Assembly: GCA_009775265.1 (NCBI GenBank)
Contig: VSPG01000004.1
Span: forward strand, 42,901 to 106,900
DNA from: Muribaculaceae bacterium
Lineage (GTDB): Bacteria > Bacteroidota > Bacteroidia > Bacteroidales > Muribaculaceae
DNA length: 64,000 nucleotides
Direction of reading: 5' to 3'
This document shows, piece after piece, positions 1 through 7,745 of this stretch. The notes beneath the pieces were generated by a model that ran no database searches, was not told the DNA's origin, and saw only the letters and a list, made by a program, of their open reading frames with translations. Position 1 is the first letter of the stretch, and each line of letters opens with the position of its first letter. Made by a program: the position numbers and the translations under genes.

Positions 1-276
1 TTCGGTCTCGCCGTAGACATCACCCTCTGCGACAGCCTTGGCAATGAACTCTCAATGGGCACACCGGTGGACCATCTCGGCTATGAATCCAATATCACGG
101 CAGAACAGACACTGCTGAAACGCGGAATCATCACGGCACAAGAATTGACGCTCCGTCGCCTTCTACGCAGCGTCATGACCCGTGCCGGATTCAAAACAAT
201 TCGCAGCGAATGGTGGCACTTCGAACTTGTACGCCGAGCCGATGCCCGACAGCGTTATAAACTGATAGATTTCTGA
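1..276 (+). CDS. D-alanyl-D-alanine dipeptidase (VanX/DdpX-like, peptidase M15D), C-terminal fragment running off the 5' edge
   Basis: Frame 1 is open from base 1 (FGLAVDITLCDSLGNELSMGTP...). It ends ...IRSEWWHFEL..., the AVD and WWHF motifs typical of VanX-type dipeptidases. Stop at 274-276. Confidence 0.65.
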   Translation, partial: FGLAVDITLCDSLGNELSMGTPVDHLGYESNITAEQTLLKRGIITAQELTLRRLLRSVMTRAGFKTIRSEWWHFELVRRADARQRYKLIDF

Positions 277-358
277 ATGGCAAAAATCCAACATTTTCAG
301 CTTCGCACCATTGCAGGGATTTAATAAAGGTTAAATACACAAATTTTTGCCATTGAAA

Positions 359-390
359 TTTGTACAAATCGGAATCACTGCATAAATTTG
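359..390 (+). promoter_or_regulatory. Bacteroidota-type promoter: TTTG (-33, 359-362), N20, TAAATTTG (-7, 383-390)
   Basis: Exact match to the TAnnTTTG -7 consensus with a TTTG box 20 nt upstream. The -33 box lies inside the perfect 12-bp palindrome ATTTGTACAAAT (358-369). Confidence 0.5.
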
Positions 391-428
391 CAGCGTGTTT
401 TCATGGTATAGATTTAAGGTTAACTGGA

Positions 429-458
429 TTGGTAGTCGCGAGACTATCAATTTTTTTT
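429..458 (+). terminator. Intrinsic terminator: 9-bp stem, GCGA tetraloop, T8 tract
   Basis: TTGGTAGTC (429-437) pairs with GACTATCAA (442-450), with one G-U pair. Loop GCGA (438-441), followed by TTTTTTTT (451-458). Confidence 0.7.
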
Positions 459-499
459 GTAATTTAGAACTCGGATAGTTTGTCTAAAAATTACAATAA

Positions 500-1510
500 A
501 TGCAAGAATACACATCACCTTTGGTAAGTGTCATAATCCCCGCATATAACGCCGGGCGGTACATTGCCGAAAGCGTAGGCTCCGTGTTGAAACAGACTTA
601 TGCCGAAGTGGAAGTTGTATGCTTTAATGACGCGTCTTCCGACAACACGCTCGAGAAGCTTAAAGAACTTGCCGAGTCAGACAAGCGCATACGCATAATC
701 GACTCGAAAGTGAACATAAAACAAGGTGGCGGACGCAACCGCGCACTGCTTGCCGCACGCGGGGAATATGTGATGTTTCTTGACGCAGACGATTCTCTTG
801 CCCCCGACGCCGTAGAGACTTGCATCGGTTTTGCCTTGAGAAAAGGCGCCGACATGGTTATGTTCGACTACGAGCGCAATTCACCATCTACAGGACATAA
901 AGAACCCGTGTGCCAGCTCGGCAAAGACGCGGCGTATCTTGGCGGCGATGAACTGCGTCTACGCATAATCAGCCGCACTTCGCCGGTGTGGTCGGCGATG
1001 TACAAGCGTTCCAATTTATTGGACAACAAACTGTTTTTCCCGGAGAGAGTGTTCTATGAGGACAATGCCGTGGCCATGGCCATGCAGCTTTCCGCTCTCA
1101 ACCCCTGCAAAATAAACAGGAATCTGTATCTGTACAGGGTAGACAACATTTCAGTATCCCGATCGGCCGACAACTATCGTTTTTTCGACCGCCTCGAGTC
1201 TGCAAAAATATTAATGGAACACCTCAAGCGTCTCGGGATTTACGACAAATATGCCGACGAACTCGATTTCGTATTCCTGAACCAGTACTATATCCACAGC
1301 ATATTCGGATGCGTCTACCGCTTCAGTAAAGTGCCTATGCTGCGCCACCGCTACATATGCAAGACCGTAAGGCGATATGTCAGACACCCGGCAGAAAATC
1401 CGCAATACCGTGCATTGCCATTGAAAATGCGCCTCAAAATCGAATTACACGCACGTTTTCCGCGCACCATGAAAACCATTTCCAATATCAAGCACACACT
1501 GCTACGATAG
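500..1510 (+). CDS. Family 2 glycosyltransferase
   Basis: 336-aa ORF. The N-terminus VSVIIPAYNAGRYIAESVGSVLKQTY...FNDASSDNT and the LDADD motif are typical of the GT2 (GT-A fold, DxD) family. Confidence 0.85.
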   Translation: MQEYTSPLVSVIIPAYNAGRYIAESVGSVLKQTYAEVEVVCFNDASSDNTLEKLKELAESDKRIRIIDSKVNIKQGGGRNRALLAARGEYVMFLDADDSLAPDAVETCIGFALRKGADMVMFDYERNSPSTGHKEPVCQLGKDAAYLGGDELRLRIISRTSPVWSAMYKRSNLLDNKLFFPERVFYEDNAVAMAMQLSALNPCKINRNLYLYRVDNISVSRSADNYRFFDRLESAKILMEHLKRLGIYDKYADELDFVFLNQYYIHSIFGCVYRFSKVPMLRHRYICKTVRRYVRHPAENPQYRALPLKMRLKIELHARFPRTMKTISNIKHTLLR

Positions 1511-2710
1511 CAGAAGGCATGCGTCGCCGTAGCTCAGAAAGCGATAAGGCACCGACAGGGCATGGTCATACATACGGCGCCATTCATCGCCCATAAATGC
1601 AGAAACGAGCAGCAGCAACGTCGACTGCGGCTGATGAAAATTCGTAACCATGCCGCTTACCACCCGATAGCTGTACCCGGGGGCTATTATTATCCTTGTT
1701 GACGCCGTAAGCACGCTATCCCCTGCGCCGTCAAGATGCCGCAGTATGAAATTTAGCGCATCGGCTACCGGCAATCGGGGATGCGCGTCCGAATAAGCAT
1801 ACCATTGCGGCACTTCTCCGTTCCACAGACCCTGCGACATCAGGCATCCTATATGGTAAAGGCTTTCAAGCGTGCGCACAGAAGTCGTACCGACGGCTAT
1901 GACACGGCGCTTTGTATCGGCAAGTGCCTCTATCACTTCGCGCTCAACCGCAATGAATTCTCCGTGCATCTCGTGTGCGCCTACTTCTTCGCTTTTCACA
2001 GGCTGAAACGTACCGGCGCCCACATGCAGCGTCACCTCCAGGCGAGGAATGCCACGGGCGGCAATATCGTCGAGCACTCTGTCGGTAAAATGCAGTCCGG
2101 CAGTCGGGGCCGCCACCGAACCGTCAATGTGGCTGAACACCGTCTGATAATCCACACTATCGCTTGCCTCGGTCGCACGGTTTAGATATGGCGGAATCGG
2201 AATCTCGCCTATCGCACCTATTATGCGGGCAAAGGTAAGACGGGACTCATCCCAAGAAAAACGCACGGCCGAAGAATTGTCGTCCCGCGACACGCGTTCG
2301 GCGCATAAAGTAGCATTCAATCCGTCTATTTCCAGTTTCATACGCAACATTCCCTGCTTCCAGCGCTTGCTGTTGCCCACGAAGCATTTCCACACACAAG
2401 TGTCTGTAGAAGCAAACGCCTGCGCGTAATCTGCCGGAGCCACCGGCTCCAGACAAAATATTTCAATCAGCGCTCCGCTTTCTTTATTCATACGCAGGCG
2501 CGCGTTGATTACGCGGGTATTGTTATAAACCAAAAGACTGTCGTCGGGAAGCAGCGACGGGAGTTCGCCGAAAACACAATCGTCCAGTTGGCCGTCAGGG
2601 CGGCGCACAAGAAGCCGGCAGGCATCACGGCAGGCAAGCGGATGCTTGGCTATCAGTTCGTCGGGCAGCGGATAATTATAGTCGGAAATATGGATTTCTT
2701 TAGGATTCAT
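1502..2710 (-). CDS. queA: S-adenosylmethionine:tRNA ribosyltransferase-isomerase
   Basis: 402-aa ORF. The N-terminus ISDYNYPLPDELIAKHP...RLLV, the internal PIPPYL and GTTSVRTLES, and the C-terminus FHQPQSTLLLLVSAF...YRFLSYGDACLL are QueA hallmarks. Confidence 0.9.
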   Translation of the reverse strand: MNPKEIHISDYNYPLPDELIAKHPLACRDACRLLVRRPDGQLDDCVFGELPSLLPDDSLLVYNNTRVINARLRMNKESGALIEIFCLEPVAPADYAQAFASTDTCVWKCFVGNSKRWKQGMLRMKLEIDGLNATLCAERVSRDDNSSAVRFSWDESRLTFARIIGAIGEIPIPPYLNRATEASDSVDYQTVFSHIDGSVAAPTAGLHFTDRVLDDIAARGIPRLEVTLHVGAGTFQPVKSEEVGAHEMHGEFIAVEREVIEALADTKRRVIAVGTTSVRTLESLYHIGCLMSQGLWNGEVPQWYAYSDAHPRLPVADALNFILRHLDGAGDSVLTASTRIIIAPGYSYRVVSGMVTNFHQPQSTLLLLVSAFMGDEWRRMYDHALSVPYRFLSYGDACLLLS

Positions 2711-2714
2711 GATG

Positions 2715-2722
2715 CAAAATTA
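2715..2722 (-). promoter_or_regulatory. Candidate -7 box TAATTTTG (minus strand) directly upstream of queA
   Basis: Plus-strand CAAAATTA at 2715-2722 is TAATTTTG on the minus strand. It ends only 4 nt before the queA ATG (2710-2708). Confidence 0.3.
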
Positions 2723-2746
2723 CTCATTTTCCGGCTACGCGGCAAA

Positions 2747-4825
2747 TCATCGGCGACTCATCTCCCTCGCAGCCATGCGCATGGTCGTGGCCGTGTCGAC
2801 GTGGGTGAAAAGACTCGACACGGCATCAACAGCCTCCACGGGCGATTCTCCGGAAAATACGGCAAGACGCTTGCGTGCGCGCGAGAACGCTACATAAAAA
2901 ATGCGGGCTCTGTCCAGCCGCGAGCCTCTGAAGCTGTTTGCATTGTACACAATCACATTATCCATTTCAAGGCCTTTGGCTTTATGAACTGTCATTACAC
3001 TGAGGCGCTCGGACACCCCGCAGTTGAAGATGTCGGCTTCGTTAAAGCTGTATAATTCATGAAGATGTGCCGAAAGTTGATGACGCAGGCAAGGCTCAGT
3101 CACGCTGTCGCCGACAACAGAAACCAGCAGCCCGCGCACCGCATCCCATCGTGGAATACGTTCGATGAAACCGTTCACAAGCATCTCACGATAACAATAA
3201 TCAAGTTCCGACGACAAAGTATTGCCATGACCGGACAGGGTGTTTTCAAGCATCTGCTGCGTGTGATGGTACAACGCCCCATATCGTTCTTGAAGCCGTT
3301 TGCACAGATTCACACACCACTGCTCCGATGCAAGTGTCTTCTGAGACTCCAGTTTTGAATGAATGACAGGCGACAGGTAGGAAAGCAGAGCATCTTCACT
3401 ACCGAACACTTCCAACAGATGGCGCGCTCTGCCCTTTCGCCGGCCGGGCAAGAGCATGGCTGCAAGCTGCATAATCTGACTATTGGACAAAACATAATTT
3501 CCTGCCAATGCCTCTGCACCACACTGCACCAATGTCTTTCCATCGTAGCTTAAAAGGTCGGCAGGGGTCATCGAAACTTCCGCCAGCAGCCTTACATATT
3601 CCTCAGCGTCGGCCATACGTCGCACGCAGCCTGTCTGATAAAGCATCCTCACCCAATCGGCAGACCTCGATGGATTCAATGCCACAGCCATATGAGCCAT
3701 CAATGCCTTGAACGGAACCTGCCGGAAACAATCCCGCACCCCTACGGCAATATGGGGCAATCCTGCTTCCTCGAGCAGACGATGCACTTCGGCCAGTTCC
3801 GCATTCGTACGCACCAAAACAGCGGTGGTCTCCTCGGGATATTTCTCTGCGAATCTCCGTGCGAGCGCGACAGACGCATATTTCTGCGCATCCCCCGAAG
3901 CATGGAGCATAAGCAAAGAATCCGCATCTCTGACGCATTCTTTATCCGGCTCGGGCAAAAAATCAAGGTCCACATTAAGCTGGTTTACGGCCAGCCAATT
4001 GCATAGTTCTACAAGGCAAGGAGCAGATCGATAGTTGCGGCGCAACTGCATTATGCGCCCTGCGCATAGCCTTTTGACGGAAGAAAGCGCCGCCGCACCG
4101 GCCCCGATAAATTCGAATATTGCCTGCCGCTCATCACCGAGATACAGCAATGTGGCATCCGGCGCCGGAGCAAGCATACGCACTATCGCAAGCTGCAGAG
4201 GCGTCAAATCCTGCACTTCGTCTACCTGCACCCACGAATATCCGGCAACACTCCCCGCTCTGAGCGCATCATAAGCCCACAAAAGACAATCATCAAAGTC
4301 CATAAGGCCATTGGCCCTCTTATGACGCTCGTAAGCCTCGGCGCATTCGACATGGCGTTCAGTGGGCGAAAACCATAGTTTTCTGTACAATGTATCCGGA
4401 TATTCGTTTGCTTTCATGTACATGTACACGGCTGTAGCCTGCACCTCACTTAGCCATGTAGCAGACACCGATGGCATGATTCGGCCGATGCATTCGGCCG
4501 AATCATCCTCGTCTATAATTGCAGTGTCGCCGGAAATCAGTCCGTTTTCACGCAGAAAAAGGATACAGAACCGATGGATATTTCCGACGTAAAGCCCCTC
4601 GGGCACCTCGCCCAATCTTTCAGATATGCGTTCCCGCATGCCCCGCGCCGAGCGGTTTGTGAATGTGAGACACAGCATGCGTCTGAAATCCGTGCCATAC
4701 TTCTCACGTTCATATGCCACGCGTTCGGCAAGAATATATGTTTTTCCACAGCCCGGGCCGGCAAGCACCAGGGCCGGCGAGCCCCGATGCCCGACAACAG
4801 CCCTTTGCTGCGAATCAAATTTCAT
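2747..4825 (-). CDS. UvrD/Rep-family (SF1) ATP-dependent DNA helicase
   Basis: 692-aa ORF carrying Walker A AGPGCGKT, a DExQ-type motif VQVDEVQD, NYRS, TVHKAKGLEMDNV and YVAFSRARKRL. Confidence 0.85.
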   Translation of the reverse strand: MKFDSQQRAVVGHRGSPALVLAGPGCGKTYILAERVAYEREKYGTDFRRMLCLTFTNRSARGMRERISERLGEVPEGLYVGNIHRFCILFLRENGLISGDTAIIDEDDSAECIGRIMPSVSATWLSEVQATAVYMYMKANEYPDTLYRKLWFSPTERHVECAEAYERHKRANGLMDFDDCLLWAYDALRAGSVAGYSWVQVDEVQDLTPLQLAIVRMLAPAPDATLLYLGDERQAIFEFIGAGAAALSSVKRLCAGRIMQLRRNYRSAPCLVELCNWLAVNQLNVDLDFLPEPDKECVRDADSLLMLHASGDAQKYASVALARRFAEKYPEETTAVLVRTNAELAEVHRLLEEAGLPHIAVGVRDCFRQVPFKALMAHMAVALNPSRSADWVRMLYQTGCVRRMADAEEYVRLLAEVSMTPADLLSYDGKTLVQCGAEALAGNYVLSNSQIMQLAAMLLPGRRKGRARHLLEVFGSEDALLSYLSPVIHSKLESQKTLASEQWCVNLCKRLQERYGALYHHTQQMLENTLSGHGNTLSSELDYCYREMLVNGFIERIPRWDAVRGLLVSVVGDSVTEPCLRHQLSAHLHELYSFNEADIFNCGVSERLSVMTVHKAKGLEMDNVIVYNANSFRGSRLDRARIFYVAFSRARKRLAVFSGESPVEAVDAVSSLFTHVDTATTMRMAAREMSRR

Positions 4826-7134
4826 TTCTTACTGACTTCAGGACGAACCAACTTGCGATTTACATCACCCTTACGTGCCGAGCCGTAAAAACGCCATTCA
4901 ATATTGTCCCAGTCAATTTCGCCGGTGTGCTGAGCTACTTTGGCATGAGGCAAAGCCGCGCCGTCGCGCACCATTATCACACACTGCACAGGACCGTCGG
5001 CTTTTATCTTCCGCCATCCGGGGGCATACTCGCGCCCGGTCTGGTAATCATACCATGGTTTGTCTCCGGGCAAATACACGCTGCGTTCAAATCCCTCCTC
5101 AAAAAGCGGGGCAACAAGCATCTGGGAGCCGAACATATACTGGTCTTCTATCTCCCAAACTCCGGGGTCGTCAGGGAATTCCAGAAGCAGGGCACGGAAC
5201 ATCGGCCACCCGTTTGCCGCGCTCTCCGCACTCTCTGTGTACACATACGGCATCAACGCGTACTTCATCTCCGCACAACGGCGGAAATAGTCGGTAAACG
5301 ATTTGTTTTCATAAAGCCATGGTTCGGTAGGAGGTGCGCCATGTGCACGGGTGTGGGACGTTAGGAATCCCATAGGAAGCCAACGGCGATACAGACTTTC
5401 CGGAGTAGATGTGACAAAACCGCCCATATCATGGCTCCAGAACGGGAATCCCGAAAGGCCGAGCGAAAGGCCGGCGCGTATCGTGCCCTGCATGCCCGTG
5501 TTGGTCGTAGCAGCATCGCCGCCCCAATGGAGCGGATAGCGCTGACTGCCGGCCCAAGCCGAACGTGCCCATATGATATTTTCGCCGCTCACTTCGCGGG
5601 TGGCATCGGCTACGGCTTTGTTGTAGCGCAAAGGATAAAGGTTGTGCTCATACCATCCGCTGCGGCCGTTGGCATACACGGCTTCAATAGGCGCGGCTTC
5701 TCCGAAATCCACCTTTATGGCACCTACGCCCATGCCGATAAGACGTTTGATTTTATCCTGATACCACTCTACGGCGGCAGGGTTTGTGAAATCAAGCACT
5801 GCGTCCTCATAGGGCAGAGTACCGCGCCCGTTGCGCACGGCAAGACCTTTGTCGGCAAGTTCGCGGAAGTACTTATTTCTGGGCACGAAATATGGCAGCT
5901 GCCACAACGAAATGCGGAATCCGCGGTCTCGGAGGTCTGCCACCATCTTGGTTGCATCGGAAAAACGTTCCGGAGAGAATTCATAGTCGCATTGCCAGTC
6001 CACATCAAACCATCCTGTATCGAAATGAATCACATCCGCAGGAATCCTGTTGCGGCGCAGTTGCTCCGCAACATCACGGCCCTCCTGCTCGGTAAAGTAG
6101 CTGATTCGGCTCATCCATGTGCCGAAACTCCAGAGAGGCGGCATGTCCGGGCGCCCCGTGAGTGCCGTGTATTCGCTCAGTATATCCTTTGGCTCGCCAA
6201 GGAAAATGAAAAAGTCCATATCCTCGTCAGCCATGAAAATCTTGTTGGCTCCTATATAGCTGTGCCCCATGTCCATGGTGACGGGAGCAGAGGTGTGCAT
6301 GAACATGCCGTAGCCTTTGCTGCTGAACCAAAAAGGAATGGGCTTGTACATGTCACGCCCTTCAGGACCCTGAGGGTCTGTCACAAAAATATTCAGTTTC
6401 TGTCCAACTTTGTTCAGAGCGGTGGGGCTCTCTCCGCAGCCATATATCTTTTCGCCGGGAACAAGCGAGAACACGGGATTGATGCTGCGCGAATTATCGC
6501 TGCCGCGCTTTATGAAACTGAAAGGCGGCACTTTTATCTGTGTGCTGTCATTGTCGCTCCAGGCGCGTGTCTGCGTGAGCACACGGCCATCGGCATCTTT
6601 AAGCACCAGACGCCATGGCGAAGACCGAATCTCAAAAGAGCCATGAGGCGAAGTATACACTACATCGTTTCCTCTGCGCGAGATTTTCCACGAGTAGTGG
6701 TGCGATACAGGTTCCGCGACAAGCATCACCTCATCGCCTTGCGGAGGCAGTACATCCGACGTATGCATCCGCACACGCAACGTACGCTCGTTCACAGGCG
6801 TCACGCTTATGCCCAATTGCGGATTCTGCGGATAGGCTGTGTTCGGGAAGTCGAGCGACTGCAGAGGCTGATGCAGATAAGTATTGGCGTTAAAAGCCTG
6901 GCGTGGCATCAGCTGTTGGCGTTTCCATTCCACATGCCCCTCACCGGTGGCCGTATCAAAATCCACAAGGCTGTCGGCAAAGAAGTAGGTGTTGCTAAGG
7001 TCAAGAAAATCCTCGCTGATGTCCTTCGGCATCGACAACAGGTAGGCCGCCCCTCCCACCGAGCGTGTCTCCGCTACCGCCGTGGCCATGGACGACATAG
7101 CGAGTGTTGCAATTACGATTCTTTTAAGTTTCAT
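4822..7134 (-). CDS. GH31 glycoside hydrolase, YicI-like alpha-xylosidase clade, secreted
   Basis: 770-aa ORF with a signal peptide (MKLKRIVIATLAMSSMATAVA). It has the IKVDFGE nucleophile-region motif and HWGGD, as in YicI-type GH31 enzymes. The stop overlaps the helicase start (ATGA at 4822-4825). Confidence 0.8.
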   Translation of the reverse strand: MKLKRIVIATLAMSSMATAVAETRSVGGAAYLLSMPKDISEDFLDLSNTYFFADSLVDFDTATGEGHVEWKRQQLMPRQAFNANTYLHQPLQSLDFPNTAYPQNPQLGISVTPVNERTLRVRMHTSDVLPPQGDEVMLVAEPVSHHYSWKISRRGNDVVYTSPHGSFEIRSSPWRLVLKDADGRVLTQTRAWSDNDSTQIKVPPFSFIKRGSDNSRSINPVFSLVPGEKIYGCGESPTALNKVGQKLNIFVTDPQGPEGRDMYKPIPFWFSSKGYGMFMHTSAPVTMDMGHSYIGANKIFMADEDMDFFIFLGEPKDILSEYTALTGRPDMPPLWSFGTWMSRISYFTEQEGRDVAEQLRRNRIPADVIHFDTGWFDVDWQCDYEFSPERFSDATKMVADLRDRGFRISLWQLPYFVPRNKYFRELADKGLAVRNGRGTLPYEDAVLDFTNPAAVEWYQDKIKRLIGMGVGAIKVDFGEAAPIEAVYANGRSGWYEHNLYPLRYNKAVADATREVSGENIIWARSAWAGSQRYPLHWGGDAATTNTGMQGTIRAGLSLGLSGFPFWSHDMGGFVTSTPESLYRRWLPMGFLTSHTRAHGAPPTEPWLYENKSFTDYFRRCAEMKYALMPYVYTESAESAANGWPMFRALLLEFPDDPGVWEIEDQYMFGSQMLVAPLFEEGFERSVYLPGDKPWYDYQTGREYAPGWRKIKADGPVQCVIMVRDGAALPHAKVAQHTGEIDWDNIEWRFYGSARKGDVNRKLVRPEVSKK

Positions 7135-7169
7135 GGCGATTAGGTATTTATGGCGTGTTTAAAGTGTTT

Positions 7170-7664
7170 TTATTTGAGTATTATAGTATCGGATATTATT
7201 TTAACCACCAATGCGGTATCGGCTTCGGCCTGCTGCGGAGTCATGTCAAGGCGCATAAAATCGGTGACATAGACATCCGGAAGCACCATTTTCATGAGTT
7301 CGTCGGGCGAGGGAGGCGTTTTGAGCGCGGAATATTCCTTATATGTAAGACTGATAAATGCCGGATTCGGTCCGAGACCGCGACGGTCGAGCAGCCATCC
7401 GTCAGGCAGCTGTAGAGGTGCGCTTGCTGCGCTTACATCGCTTGGAGCCGGATAGCTAAGCACGGACGAACGTGTGGCATTCAGACTTATGGCCACGTTA
7501 TCATAGCACGGCACATTGGTTTTATACACTACGGCACGCGGCAATGCATGATAACCCGTCATGGAGGACGCGGATTGAGAAACCGCCGGAACGGCATCGG
7601 CAGGCCTGGTGCTGTTGCATGCGGCCACAGCGGCTACAAATGGTATGAATAACAGTTTACGCAT
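7170..7664 (-). CDS. Hypothetical lipoprotein
   Basis: 164-aa ORF with a lipoprotein signal (MRKLLFIPFVAAVAAC, lipobox Cys). I recognised no family motif. It is co-oriented between the C10 protease and GH31 genes. Confidence 0.55.
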   Translation of the reverse strand: MRKLLFIPFVAAVAACNSTRPADAVPAVSQSASSMTGYHALPRAVVYKTNVPCYDNVAISLNATRSSVLSYPAPSDVSAASAPLQLPDGWLLDRRGLGPNPAFISLTYKEYSALKTPPSPDELMKMVLPDVYVTDFMRLDMTPQQAEADTALVVKIISDTIILK

Positions 7665-7685
7665 AGCTATTGTTGTCTAAGCAGC

Positions 7686-7719
7686 AACGCCCCGCGCCAC
7701 TTTATGGCCTCGGGGCGTT
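7686..7719 (-). terminator. GC-rich hairpin downstream of the C10 protease gene (weak terminator or RNA-stability element)
   Basis: AACGCCCCG (7686-7694) pairs perfectly with CGGGGCGTT (7711-7719). There is no U-tract on either strand. Confidence 0.35.
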
Positions 7720-7745
7720 GCGAGATATGTGTATGACGCTTTCGC

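Noticed and set aside
500-1510. The GT2 gene appears lower in GC than its neighbours (57/120 G+C in its first 120 nt versus 70/120 at the prolyl-oligopeptidase start), which hints at horizontal acquisition.
   Set aside because: The hand-counted sample is far too small, and there are no flanking mobility genes or repeats. It needs a proper sliding-window GC and codon-usage computation.
2747-4825. The UvrD-like helicase as the core of a defence system.
   Set aside because: There is no adjacent nuclease, methylase, ATPase partner or other defence-type gene. Its neighbours are a glycosidase and queA. It has the standard SF1 motifs and looks like a housekeeping or accessory helicase.
5431-7143. 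570-aa ORF on the plus strand, antisense to the GH31 gene.
   Set aside because: It mirrors a gene with clear family motifs on the other strand. Its translation is low-complexity and rich in R, H, A and G, with no recognisable motif. This is the typical stop-free antisense frame of a GC3-rich gene.
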